A stretch of DNA of 64,000 nucleotides from Chlamydiia bacterium (GCA_963804085.1 CAWDOQ010000002.1:64001-128000), one strand, 5' to 3'. Shown: positions 48,376 through 57,918, counted from the stretch's first letter. Notes: generated by a model not told the origin, from the letters alone. A program made the numbers and translations.

Positions 48376-49734
48376 ATGCCCATTGAAAAAGTATTAATTG
48401 TCGACGACGAGCCCTTGATGCGCAGCTTCCTAGTAGAGACACTTCAGAGAAAGCAGCTTGAAGTCGTCTTTGCAGAAAACGGAAAAAAAGGGCTGGAGCT
48501 TTTGAAAAAGAGCTCTTTTGATCTTTTGATCAGCGATATCCGCATGCCGGAGCTTTCGGGAATCGATCTGTTAAAAGTCGCCAAAGAGATCAACCCGCAG
48601 ATGATCGTGATCCTGACGACCGCTTACGCGACGATCGAAAATGCGGTTGAGGCTATGCGGCTCGGCGCCTTTAACTACCTGTTAAAACCTTTTGCTCCCG
48701 AGACAATAGAGGCGCTCATCGAAAAAGCCGAAGAGCAGATGGCGCTCATCCAAGAAAACGACTTTTTGCGCCAAGAGATCTCGCAACAGAGCATCTCAAA
48801 AAAGCATCATATCATCGCAGAAAGCCCCATCATGAAAAAGATTCTGCGAGATGTGGCCAAGATCGCCAAGAGTAGTGCCAGTGTGTTTATCAGCGGCGAG
48901 TCGGGCACAGGCAAAGAGGTGATTGCACAGGCGATCCACTTCTCTTCCCCTCGCAAAAACTGCCCCTTCATCAAAGTAAACTGCGCGGCTATCCCCGAAT
49001 CGCTCATCGAGTCGGAGTTCTTCGGCCATGAAAAGGGTGCCTTTACGGGCGCCATTCAAAAGAGGATCGGGCGTTTTGAGCTGGCAGACAAGGGGACGCT
49101 TCTTTTAGATGAGATCTCCGAAGTGCCGTTAAGCGTGCAGTCCAAGCTACTCCGCGCAGTTCAAGAGCAGGAGTTTGAACGAGTCGGTGGAACCAAGCCG
49201 CTGCATGTCGATATTCGCTTCATCTCGACATCAAATCGGCAGATGAAAGAGGCTATCGACCAGAAGCTCTTTCGCGAAGATCTCTACTACCGACTAAACG
49301 TCGTCCCGATCAAACTGCCACCGCTGCGCGAAAGAAAAGAGGATATCCTACCGCTCGCTGCCTACTTCTTGCAGCGTCTATCTCTAGAGAATGAAAAAGC
49401 ACCCAAACAGCTGAGTTTAGATGCGCAAAAAATGCTCACCGACTACTCCTGGCCGGGCAACATCCGCGAGCTTGCCAACGTGATCGAGCGTGCAGTGGTG
49501 ATGAATAGCTCCGGCACACTAACTGCCGACGAGCTATCGCTTGATGGAGCAAGCTGCCCCGTAAAACTGAACCCGCAGCCCACACCCTACAAGCAGATTA
49601 CTCTGGAAGAAATAGAGAAGCAGCACATCCTAGAGACACTGGCCCTATGCAACCAGAACCGCACCCGAGCAGCTACCCTGCTCGGCATCAGCATCCGCAC
49701 GCTCCGCAACAAACTCAACACCTACAAAACTTGA
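48376..49734 (+). CDS. ctcC: Sigma54-dependent response regulator, CtcC/AtoC/NtrC-like
   Basis: Receiver domain, GESGTGKE, GAFTGA, WPGNIREL, Fis-type HTH. Confidence 0.9.
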   Translation: MPIEKVLIVDDEPLMRSFLVETLQRKQLEVVFAENGKKGLELLKKSSFDLLISDIRMPELSGIDLLKVAKEINPQMIVILTTAYATIENAVEAMRLGAFNYLLKPFAPETIEALIEKAEEQMALIQENDFLRQEISQQSISKKHHIIAESPIMKKILRDVAKIAKSSASVFISGESGTGKEVIAQAIHFSSPRKNCPFIKVNCAAIPESLIESEFFGHEKGAFTGAIQKRIGRFELADKGTLLLDEISEVPLSVQSKLLRAVQEQEFERVGGTKPLHVDIRFISTSNRQMKEAIDQKLFREDLYYRLNVVPIKLPPLRERKEDILPLAAYFLQRLSLENEKAPKQLSLDAQKMLTDYSWPGNIRELANVIERAVVMNSSGTLTADELSLDGASCPVKLNPQPTPYKQITLEEIEKQHILETLALCNQNRTRAATLLGISIRTLRNKLNTYKT

Positions 49735-49736
49735 CC

Positions 49737-51059
49737 TCAAAAAAATTGAGGGAAACGCGAAATCAAGTAGAGAGGATAGTTATAGATATTACCATCTTGT
49801 TTGAGGTTCATCAAAGTTGTACGTGAAAGGTGAGAGGGTGAGTATTTCTCGCCATAAACGAGAAGGCTCTTTTTTTTCTGGCTATTGCCTGCTTTCACTT
49901 CCAAAGGATAAATCTGATGATCTCCTTCAACGAGAAAGTCAACTTCTGCAGTCCCTGGGCTAGCCCAATAATAGAGTTCTCGCTGTTTGGCAGCTTTGAG
50001 TTGTTGTGCAACGAAATTTTCAGCTAAAGCTCCTTTAAATTCAGTAAATAGCAAATTCCCTTCGATCACAGTTTGGGGAGATAAATTGCTTTGGGCACCA
50101 AGCAACCCGACATCAATTAGAAAGAGTTTGAATGTTTGGGTATCTGCATAAGCGCTTAAGGGAAATTTGGGAGTCTCTACAAAATAGGATTTGTAAATCA
50201 AACCTGCATCTAAAAGCCATTGGATGGCTTCCTCATAATCTCTACCGCGTGCGCTTTTGCGAATAGCTGCAAAAATGAATTTCTTATTTTCCTTTGCGAG
50301 CTGCCGATGAATCTGTTTCCAGACGATCGAAATTTTCATCAGCTCATGAGCGGGTGCATGCTTAGCAAAATCTCTTTCGTAGGCGTTTAAGATCTCTAAT
50401 TGGATCTCTCTTACAACATTTAAGCTGCCCTCCTTTGCATATTGTGCAACAGCTTCTGGCATTCCACCCACGAATAGATAGAACTTTAATAACTGGATCA
50501 GTTTTTCATGTAAGGGGAGGGGAATAGGTTCAATTGAAGAACGCTCCTCCAAAAAAGTTCTGGTTTTTTCATGATTTGTAGCAGATAGGAATTCGAAAAA
50601 ACTTAAAGGAAAGAGATGCAGAAAATTGACTTTGCCAACAGGGAAGCCCTTCTCTTTTGCAGTTTTCACTCCAAGAAGAGATCCCGCAGCAACTACATGA
50701 TATTCGCTTGCTTCTTCGCAAAAGTATTTAAGGCTGTTCAGTGCTTTGGGGCATTCTTGTATTTCATCAAAGATCAGGAGAGTGTTTTTAGCATCGATCT
50801 CGACTTCCGTATGAATGCTGAGTGTTTTGAGAATTTCTTTTGGGTCCAAAGTCTCATCAAAATACCGCGCTAGTTTTTCATCTTTTTCAAAGTTCAAATA
50901 GGCGACCTTTTCATAAGAAGAGACACCAAAATGTTTTAGAGCATAAGTTTTGCCAACTTGTCTCGCCCCATTCAGGATCAAAGGTTTTCGACGGGATGAG
51001 GCTTTCCACTCCTCTAAATGTCGGTAGATATCTCTCTTCATATTTTCATACTGACTCAT
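49737..51059 (-). CDS. AAA+ ATPase with DUF4143 C-terminal domain
   Basis: GARQVGKT, IFDEIQ, GGMPE, KLFLIDVGLL, AENFV, EVDFL...PLEVK nuclease-like tail; AT-rich. Confidence 0.88.
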   Translation of the reverse strand: MSQYENMKRDIYRHLEEWKASSRRKPLILNGARQVGKTYALKHFGVSSYEKVAYLNFEKDEKLARYFDETLDPKEILKTLSIHTEVEIDAKNTLLIFDEIQECPKALNSLKYFCEEASEYHVVAAGSLLGVKTAKEKGFPVGKVNFLHLFPLSFFEFLSATNHEKTRTFLEERSSIEPIPLPLHEKLIQLLKFYLFVGGMPEAVAQYAKEGSLNVVREIQLEILNAYERDFAKHAPAHELMKISIVWKQIHRQLAKENKKFIFAAIRKSARGRDYEEAIQWLLDAGLIYKSYFVETPKFPLSAYADTQTFKLFLIDVGLLGAQSNLSPQTVIEGNLLFTEFKGALAENFVAQQLKAAKQRELYYWASPGTAEVDFLVEGDHQIYPLEVKAGNSQKKKSLLVYGEKYSPSHLSRTTLMNLKQDGNIYNYPLYLISRFPQFF

Positions 51060-51088
51060 AAGGTTGAATAAATCAAGGATTCCTTAGG

Positions 51089-51146
51089 AAAACGTGGTTA
51101 GCTTACACGTTTTTCCATCGAAAAACGTGGTTAGCTTACACGTTTT
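51089..51146. promoter_or_regulatory. Two identical 25-bp dyad sites upstream of the AAA-DUF4143 gene
   Basis: aaaacgtg-gttagctta-cacgtttt at 51089-51113 and 51122-51146. Confidence 0.7.
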
Positions 51147-51224
51147 ATTAGGGAATGTTATATTTAAGTACTTGTATTACAGCGAGTTAAGTTATTGTGA
51201 GCGGAGAAGTAATAGTTTGCCGGT

Positions 51225-51301
51225 ACCGCACGCGAGCAGCCGCCCTACTCGGCATCAGCATCCGCACCCTGCGCAACAAACTCAACACCTACAAATCTTG
51301 A
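51225..51301 (+). repeat. Direct-repeat copy of the last 77 bp of ctcC (49658-49734)
   Basis: 70/77 identical by manual alignment, including the TGA stop. Confidence 0.92.
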
Positions 51302-51322
51302 GCCAGCGACTTTCTTCTCCTT

Positions 51323-51351
51323 TCGCGCCCGAGCCCGCGTGCGCACCCGAT
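51323..51351. repeat. Half copy (left arm) of the REP-like palindrome
   Basis: tcgcgcccgagcccgcgtgcgcacccgat. Confidence 0.8.
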
Positions 51352-51491
51352 ATCTAATTTCAGTCGGTTATATTTTGTAACCGACTCACCGGCCTCTTTA
51401 TCAGCAACTTGCGATAACTATGCAGTTTTTGTCTGCACAGTATTGCATAGTAAATTGCACAGCTGCGCTATCAGGGCTTCCAAAGGATAGA

Positions 51492-51690
51492 TCATCTACC
51501 TAAAGCAGCAATCCTGAGGTTTGAATGAGAGTTGCCGATCATTGTACACCCATGTCCTGAGTGAGTAGAAGGCTTAATTTTAATATGTATGTCCTGTCCC
51601 AGGTCATTTAAAAATCTGAAAAGGCGTTCAAGAGAAAAGCTCTTTAAATAACCCTTTAACAATAGAGAAACTTTCGGTTGGCTAATAGAC
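51492..51690 (-). pseudogene. 5'-truncated XRE-family (HTH_37-like) regulator or antitoxin
   Basis: ISQPKVSLLLKG...FSLERLFRFLNDLGQDIHIKIKP; the N-terminal half is missing. Confidence 0.65.
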
Positions 51691-51857
51691 GAAGAGGCTA
51701 AAACACCATTGGCTTGGGTCAAAAAAAGAGATAAAAGACAATGCAAAATGCAAAACTCAAAGAAAGGGGGCGAGTTTGGTTGCATGTTTCCTTCTAAAGA
51801 AGATGTTAAGAGCTGAGATTTTTTATCTCAGGTTTTTACTGCACGGGTTTGATGACC

Positions 51858-54800
51858 TTACGAGAAAACTCGCCTTCTTATGTCGCTCGGTGCCTCTTCT
51901 TTTCTTTCAAGTCCGGAAGGAATTCCGAGATGGTCGGTGACAGTTTCATGACCGTTTGCTAGTTGATCCAGTCTTTGGCGAATCTGGGCAATTTCACGTT
52001 CCAGCTTCAAGCTCATGCCAGCAGGACCTTGGAGTGCGGTAGGATTAACTAAAAGCTGGTCTTGAGGACCTCGGCTCCCCGCTGAGGTGGATTCTTCTGA
52101 AAAAGTAGTTCTCATGAAAAGCTCGAAGACCTTTTCATACTTTTGAAACTTTTCAAGATTTACATTGCTCTGGTTTTTTTGCTGCGCAGCTTTAATTTTT
52201 TGGAGCTCTTCCTGATCCATCCTGCGTGCTTCTTGGAGTTCTTTTAATTGCCTCTGTGTTGCCTGCAGTTCATCTAGTGAGAAAGTTGTGGGCTTTGAAG
52301 AATGTGAGGAAGCTCCCGCAAGCTCTGTCGGCTGCAAACCCAAACCGAGAGAAGAGGGTAACTCCATGACGGCGGGGTTCTTCTTTAAGACAAGCGCCAC
52401 AAGAGCAGGCACATCCTTTGGTTCAGGACGGTAGGTCACCTCTTTTTTCATGAATGCGAGGAGAAGAATTTGACATTGTTCTTCTGCAAATAGTCTTAGC
52501 TTCGTATCGACCTCTTCGTTTTTTAGGAGCTTGTCTTGCAGCTTACTATAATTTTCAACCTGTCGTTTAAAAAAACCGGCCTTGGTCGTATTTAGTGCCT
52601 CGATCTCGTTGATTTTCTCAATCGTCACTCCCCTTGCGACCATTTCGCCAATAGGTTCGTAGCTGAGAGCGCCTGTAAACAACATGGCGACATGCTTGAC
52701 AGCTCTTGCTTTTTCAAGACTATTATAGCCTTTTAAGGGACCATTCAAGATCTGTAGTATAAGTCCGACTCCTGGGATGGATTGTGACAACTGTCCTAGG
52801 CTCCCAGTAAAATCCAACACCATGTCCGATTTTTCAGTTGCAAGCGAAGCTTGTGCACCCCCGAGCATTTTGGTGTCGATCACCATACATGCTGCGATGA
52901 CTTTGTTGAAGGTGTTTTGGAAAACAAAATAAAAGTCCCCTGCTTTGTCGTTCTCCAAAATCTTTTGCCGCTCTTTTAAAGCTTGAAGATGGAGAGCTTC
53001 GCGATCTAGAACCGATACAAGAGCGCTCTCATTGCCATTTATTAGGCCGCTAAGATTTACTCCATTGCTTGATCCTGCATGCTGCTGAAGTTCAGCAACC
53101 TTCTTTTGACTTTGAATGATGCTGGCTTCTAAACCTTTGCATCTATCAACGAGTTCTTGTTGCTGCTTCAGCAATAAAGTCTGGGACTCGGCTTCCGCGG
53201 GCTTTTTCTGTGTATCTATTGGCTTGGGAATAATGGGAGGGATGTGCTCTGCAGCGGGCATCTTCAATGCTTGCGCGGTGGAAGCTGCGGGTTGTGGCAT
53301 AATTGGAAGTGGTGGTGCAGAGGGGGCCTTTAAACGAGCCAAAGCTGTATGAGCGAGTTCATCTCCTTGAGCTGCTGCCGCTTCATACAGTTCACATGCT
53401 CGCTGCAAGTCTTTCGGAACTCCTAATGCATACTCGTGAAGTCTCGCTAGATTGTATTTTGCGGCCGGGCTTCCTTTATTAGCCCCAGTTTTATAATACT
53501 CGCAGGCTTTTTCGTAGTCTTTAACCACTCCTAATCCATCGCTAAAGAAATTGCCGAGCCTGTTCAGGGCATCAGCATCTCCTCCCTGTGCCGCTTCCGT
53601 ATACAGTTCGAGAGCTTTTTTGTAGTATTGGGCTATATGGATGGTATCAACCGAGCCAGAGCCAAAGACACGTCCGAAGAGGGCATCATCTTCATATTTA
53701 GCATTTTTAGCATAACCTTCATTTGCCGCTTCTTCATACAGTTCACGTGCTTTTTTGTAATCCCGCAGAACTCCTAATTCATTCTCGTAAAGACGTGCAA
53801 GGTTGCCCTTTGCTACCACGCTTCCTTTACTAGCCCCCTCTTCGTAGTATTCGCGAGCTTTTTTGTAGTCTCGCGTCACTCCCAATCCGTTTTCATGGAT
53901 AAAACCCAGCCCGTTCAGGGCATCAGCATATCCTTTTTTTGCGGCTTCTTCATATAGTTCACGGGCTTTTTCGTAGTCTTGCACTACTACTCCTAATCCA
54001 TCCCTATAGAAATCAGCCACTGTGTTCAGAGAACAAGCGTCTTCTTTGGCAGCCGCAGCTTCGTATTGTTCTTTGAGCGCCGCAGCTTTCCAATATTCAT
54101 TGGCTTTTTTGTGGTCTTGCGCGACTCCTACTCCAGAATAATAGAAATTACCCAGTAATTTCAGGGCAAATGTATATCCTTCTTTTGCTGCTTCTTCATG
54201 CAGTTCACGGGCTTTTTTGTAGTCTTGCGGAACTCCTAATGCATGCTCGTAAAGATGCGCTAGGCCGTATTTTGCTCCTGCGCTTCCTTTACTAGCCCCG
54301 GCTTCGAAGTATTCGCGGGCTTTTTTGTAGTCTCGTTCTACTCCTGATCCCTCCCAATACAACCAACCCAGACAGCATAGACCATCGGCAATTCCGCCAT
54401 TTCCTGCTTCTTCATACAGTTCATGCGCTCGTTTGTAGTCTTTCGGAACTCCTAATGCATGCTTGTAAAGATTTGCAAGGTTGTATTTTGCTCTCATACT
54501 CCCCTTGCCTGCCGCTAGTTCGTAATATCCGCGGGCTTTTTTGTAATCCTGGGCGACTCCTAATCCAGCAGAATAGAAATTACCAAGCTCGTTCATGGAA
54601 CGCTCGTCTCCTTTAGCGGCTGCAGCTTCGAAGTATTCATCGGCTTTTTTGTAATCTCGTGCTACTCCTAATCCGTCTCTATAGAAAATGCCAAGAGAAT
54701 ATTGTGCATCGACATGTCCTTGTAATGCTGCTTTTTCATCCCATTTGCGTGAGCTTTCATAGTCTATTGTCCCACCTAAGCCTTCTTCTAATAATCGCGC

Positions 54801-55952
54801 AAGCTCAAATGCGGCATTAGCAATGCCTCCATTCGCCGCTTCTTCAAACAGTTCACGTGCTTTTTTGTAATCTTGTGCTACGCCTTCGTTAGGAGCGCCT
54901 TTATAGTATTTCATTCCAAGTTGGTATTGTGCATTCGCTTTTCTAGCGCGCGCATCTTGCAACGTTTTTGCCATGAGCTGCGGACTAATTGATGAGCTTG
55001 TTGCGCTACTTACTTTGGAAACAGAATTTGTTGGGTTTTGCCCCAAAGGGAGAGAGGCGTTAGCTTGCACGTTCGCGGGTTGTGATTTCCCAGAAACGGC
55101 TTTGGAAGTTAAGCGTGTGTCAAGCGCATGGCTGGCCACATGACTGAACTTCATTGAGTGTGCTTTATGACGCTTGTTGGCAATGCGCGGTTTGCGGGGA
55201 ATTGCATTTTTGATTGCTTTCTCAGCACCACCTATCAAGCCCGGACGAAACTCAGCGCGCATCAACCTCAGTTTTCTTATCAGGAGATTGACATCAGTTT
55301 GTGCACTCGCAGGCTGTACTTGTCCAGAAACTGCTATAGAAGTTAGTGCGTTTGTAGACACAGGGGCGGACTGAGAAACCGTATGCGATTCAGCTGGGGA
55401 GGTTAAGCTGGCTAAAGCAGTTCGCGCACCTTTATGTCCTTGCTCAGCTGCAGCCGCGAAGTATTCTCTAGCTTTTGCAAGGTCTTTTGCTATTCCTAAA
55501 CCTTCTGCGTAAAAAACACCAAGAGCATGCAGGGCTTTTGCATAACCAGCTGCCGCTGCTTTTCGAAACCATTCTCTGGCTTTTACGTAATCTTGTGGTA
55601 CACCCAGGCCATTTTTAAAAAGTTGACCAAGTGCGTATTCTGCATCTGTAAAACCTTGCTTAGCAGCCTTTTCCCACCAGGTATATGCTTTATTGTAGCT
55701 TTGTGCTAAGCCCTCGTTAGGAGAGCCAGTATAGTATTTTATCCCCAGTTGCGTCTGCGCCTTTGGATCCCCAGCATATGCATCTAGTTCAAGACGTTCT
55801 AATTCAAATCCGATTTTTTGAGCAGGAGCTGCGCTTTGCATTGTGCTCATTACATATGCAGAGGCATTAGGTTGCATGCCTGCGGGCTGTGATGGTATTG
55901 AAGTTGAGATTGCTCCAAGTTTGCTGCTTGATGTAATGAGGGCCGTGCTCAT
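51858..55952 (-). CDS. Large Sel1-repeat protein with coiled-coil C-terminal region
   Basis: Many LGxxYxxGLGVxxDYKKARExYExAA repeats; AGGAG RBS. Confidence 0.9.
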   Translation of the reverse strand: MSTALITSSSKLGAISTSIPSQPAGMQPNASAYVMSTMQSAAPAQKIGFELERLELDAYAGDPKAQTQLGIKYYTGSPNEGLAQSYNKAYTWWEKAAKQGFTDAEYALGQLFKNGLGVPQDYVKAREWFRKAAAAGYAKALHALGVFYAEGLGIAKDLAKAREYFAAAAEQGHKGARTALASLTSPAESHTVSQSAPVSTNALTSIAVSGQVQPASAQTDVNLLIRKLRLMRAEFRPGLIGGAEKAIKNAIPRKPRIANKRHKAHSMKFSHVASHALDTRLTSKAVSGKSQPANVQANASLPLGQNPTNSVSKVSSATSSSISPQLMAKTLQDARARKANAQYQLGMKYYKGAPNEGVAQDYKKARELFEEAANGGIANAAFELARLLEEGLGGTIDYESSRKWDEKAALQGHVDAQYSLGIFYRDGLGVARDYKKADEYFEAAAAKGDERSMNELGNFYSAGLGVAQDYKKARGYYELAAGKGSMRAKYNLANLYKHALGVPKDYKRAHELYEEAGNGGIADGLCCLGWLYWEGSGVERDYKKAREYFEAGASKGSAGAKYGLAHLYEHALGVPQDYKKARELHEEAAKEGYTFALKLLGNFYYSGVGVAQDHKKANEYWKAAALKEQYEAAAAKEDACSLNTVADFYRDGLGVVVQDYEKARELYEEAAKKGYADALNGLGFIHENGLGVTRDYKKAREYYEEGASKGSVVAKGNLARLYENELGVLRDYKKARELYEEAANEGYAKNAKYEDDALFGRVFGSGSVDTIHIAQYYKKALELYTEAAQGGDADALNRLGNFFSDGLGVVKDYEKACEYYKTGANKGSPAAKYNLARLHEYALGVPKDLQRACELYEAAAAQGDELAHTALARLKAPSAPPLPIMPQPAASTAQALKMPAAEHIPPIIPKPIDTQKKPAEAESQTLLLKQQQELVDRCKGLEASIIQSQKKVAELQQHAGSSNGVNLSGLINGNESALVSVLDREALHLQALKERQKILENDKAGDFYFVFQNTFNKVIAACMVIDTKMLGGAQASLATEKSDMVLDFTGSLGQLSQSIPGVGLILQILNGPLKGYNSLEKARAVKHVAMLFTGALSYEPIGEMVARGVTIEKINEIEALNTTKAGFFKRQVENYSKLQDKLLKNEEVDTKLRLFAEEQCQILLLAFMKKEVTYRPEPKDVPALVALVLKKNPAVMELPSSLGLGLQPTELAGASSHSSKPTTFSLDELQATQRQLKELQEARRMDQEELQKIKAAQQKNQSNVNLEKFQKYEKVFELFMRTTFSEESTSAGSRGPQDQLLVNPTALQGPAGMSLKLEREIAQIRQRLDQLANGHETVTDHLGIPSGLERKEEAPSDIRRRVFS

Positions 55953-56163
55953 AAATTCTCCTGGTAACTAAGATGGCTGTTCATGCGAGTAAGCATGATA
56001 TTTGCTATGGAAGATTTCACACAATGAACAAGTCAGAAGACCACTGGCAACTATAAAAATTACTAGCAATAATACAATCTTTGATCTTAACATCTTCTTT
56101 AAACTTTTGGGCGCCGATCGAAAAACGGTAGGCGTATATTTTTCAACTAAATCTGGAGATTTT

Positions 56164-56763
56164 ATGAGCACGTTTCCCCTAGCATCCAACGACACACTCG
56201 GAACGCTTTCTACCCAACCAAGTGCAAGCGTAACTTATGGAACGTCCTACTCTACTGACATGAAAGCAGATCCATCAGCGTATACAAGAAGTACGATACA
56301 AAGCGCACCACCTTCTCAGTCAACTGGCACGCGGCTAGAGGTTTTAGAAGACAAGTTGCAGCGTCTTGTTGACGACCACGTAAATTTGGATGTAAGCCTT
56401 TTTGAAAACGAATACAAACTCGATGGAATCGATTCGCTCAAACGTACAGAACAAGAAATCGCGCCGTTACCAGATGGGTGCAAATTGGTTACGCGATTGG
56501 TCTTATTAGATGGATCCAGATATACCGGACAACTTAATAAAGACGGTAAACCATCTGGACGCGGCTTTCTAATTTATCCTCCTGCGAACACAAACGCCCG
56601 ACTTTTTTACGTAGGAAAATTTGAGAACGACATGCCTCATGGTGAAGGGATTTTGCAATGGGTAAATGGAGAAAAATTTGAGGGTATTATGGACCGAGGC
56701 CGGACAGAGCTTGAGGTCAAAGAAGGTAGCACATGTCATTGTGGTAATTGCACAATCCTTTAA
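56164..56763 (+). CDS. MORN-repeat protein with C-terminal CaaX (CTIL)
   Basis: DGSRYTGQ...PSGRG, YVGKFENDMPHGEG; GGAG RBS before ATG 56164. Confidence 0.8.
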   Translation: MSTFPLASNDTLGTLSTQPSASVTYGTSYSTDMKADPSAYTRSTIQSAPPSQSTGTRLEVLEDKLQRLVDDHVNLDVSLFENEYKLDGIDSLKRTEQEIAPLPDGCKLVTRLVLLDGSRYTGQLNKDGKPSGRGFLIYPPANTNARLFYVGKFENDMPHGEGILQWVNGEKFEGIMDRGRTELEVKEGSTCHCGNCTIL

Positions 56764-56817
56764 AACCGTAGTTAAAGAAGAAAATGTCAACGCTTTTCAA
56801 CTAAATCAGGAGATTTT

Positions 56818-57474
56818 ATGAGCACGTTTCCCCTAGCATCCAACGACACACTCGGAACGCTTTCTACTCAACCAAGCACAAGCGTAAGCTATGGAACGTC
56901 TTACTCTACAGAAAAGAAGTCAGACCCCTCAGCGTATACAGGCAGCACGCTCCAAAGCGCAGTTCCAGCTCAATCAAATGCGGTGACACCAGAGGCCTTG
57001 GCTCTCGCTATGCAATTGCTTGCTAGACAGGGAATGGTTCTGCAACCAGTACAACCAGAAACTATCGTGTTATCGGATGGGTCTAAATATACGGGACCGG
57101 TTAATAAAGACGGTAAGCCGCACGGGCGTGGTGTTCTAACTTATCCTCCTGCGAACCGCGACGCACTACTTAGTTACACAGGAGAGTTTGATAACGGAGA
57201 GCTTCACGGCCAAGGACTTGTAAAATGGCTGAGTGGAGAAACATTTGAGGGTTTTATGGACCGCGGATCTAGGAGCCGAGGAAAACAAACGTCGGCTACT
57301 GGGGGTTGGTATTTTACAGGAAGCTACAAAGACAATCAAAGATGGCATGGAGAAGAACATTATAAAGTGACTAGTCAAGATGGTACATACTGGCAATTTG
57401 CGTATATCAGAGAAGGCAGCAAATGCAACTCGGCAAATTTTTGTTGTGGTAAAGATGATTGCACAATCCTTTAA
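56818..57474 (+). CDS. MORN-repeat protein with C-terminal CaaX (CTIL), paralog
   Basis: DGSKYTGP...PHGRG, YTGEFDNGELHGQG; N-terminus and 5' region duplicated from the upstream gene. Confidence 0.82.
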   Translation: MSTFPLASNDTLGTLSTQPSTSVSYGTSYSTEKKSDPSAYTGSTLQSAVPAQSNAVTPEALALAMQLLARQGMVLQPVQPETIVLSDGSKYTGPVNKDGKPHGRGVLTYPPANRDALLSYTGEFDNGELHGQGLVKWLSGETFEGFMDRGSRSRGKQTSATGGWYFTGSYKDNQRWHGEEHYKVTSQDGTYWQFAYIREGSKCNSANFCCGKDDCTIL

Positions 57475-57734
57475 ATCGTAGAGCCAGTTGCAAAACTCCT
57501 CCTTCGTCGGGGCTTCGTAAGGTAAAATGATCCCTCTGACTCGTCCATCGGCCCCATTTTCGGCCTAAATGCGGCTAGGTCACCGTTTCCTCACTAAAAA
57601 ACGCCCTCTTTTGGGCAGCATCGTCCTCAGTGCTCGCTCATGGTCCTTTTCTCTCCTTTTTTCTCTTTAATCTCGCTACGTAAACAGTCGTAGCAACGTA
57701 AGCGGGAAATAAACCCATCTGTTTTTGTCTGGCA

Positions 57735-57767
57735 CGTGGCGTCTCGGCGTCTTGGCGGCTTTGCGTT
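57735..57767. repeat. Short 8-nt periodic tandem repeat
   Basis: cgt-ggcgtctc-ggcgtctt-ggcggctt-tgcgtt. Confidence 0.5.
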
Positions 57768-57786
57768 GAACATGTTGCTCGAGCGC

Positions 57787-57873
57787 AATCTCGCCTCTTC
57801 AGGGGCGATTAGCCGAGCTATATAGGTAATGCGACGCAAAGCAGGAGCTCCTTGCATGGGGAGAATCTCCTGC
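57787..57873 (+). repeat. 88-bp dispersed two-hairpin repeat, copy 2
   Basis: aatctcgcc...gggcgattagccgag...gcaggagctccttgcatggggagaatctcctgc; matches the reverse complement of 35852-35939. Confidence 0.88.
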
Positions 57874-57918
57874 GTTTACGCGGGATGTTCTTCAATTCCG
57901 AAGATTAAGCACAAAGAA

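Noticed and set aside
320-51351. GC-rich repeats as a CRISPR array or integron attC sites
   Set aside because: Copies are dispersed kilobases apart without spacers; no cas or intI gene; no consistent RYYYAAC/GTTRRRY ends
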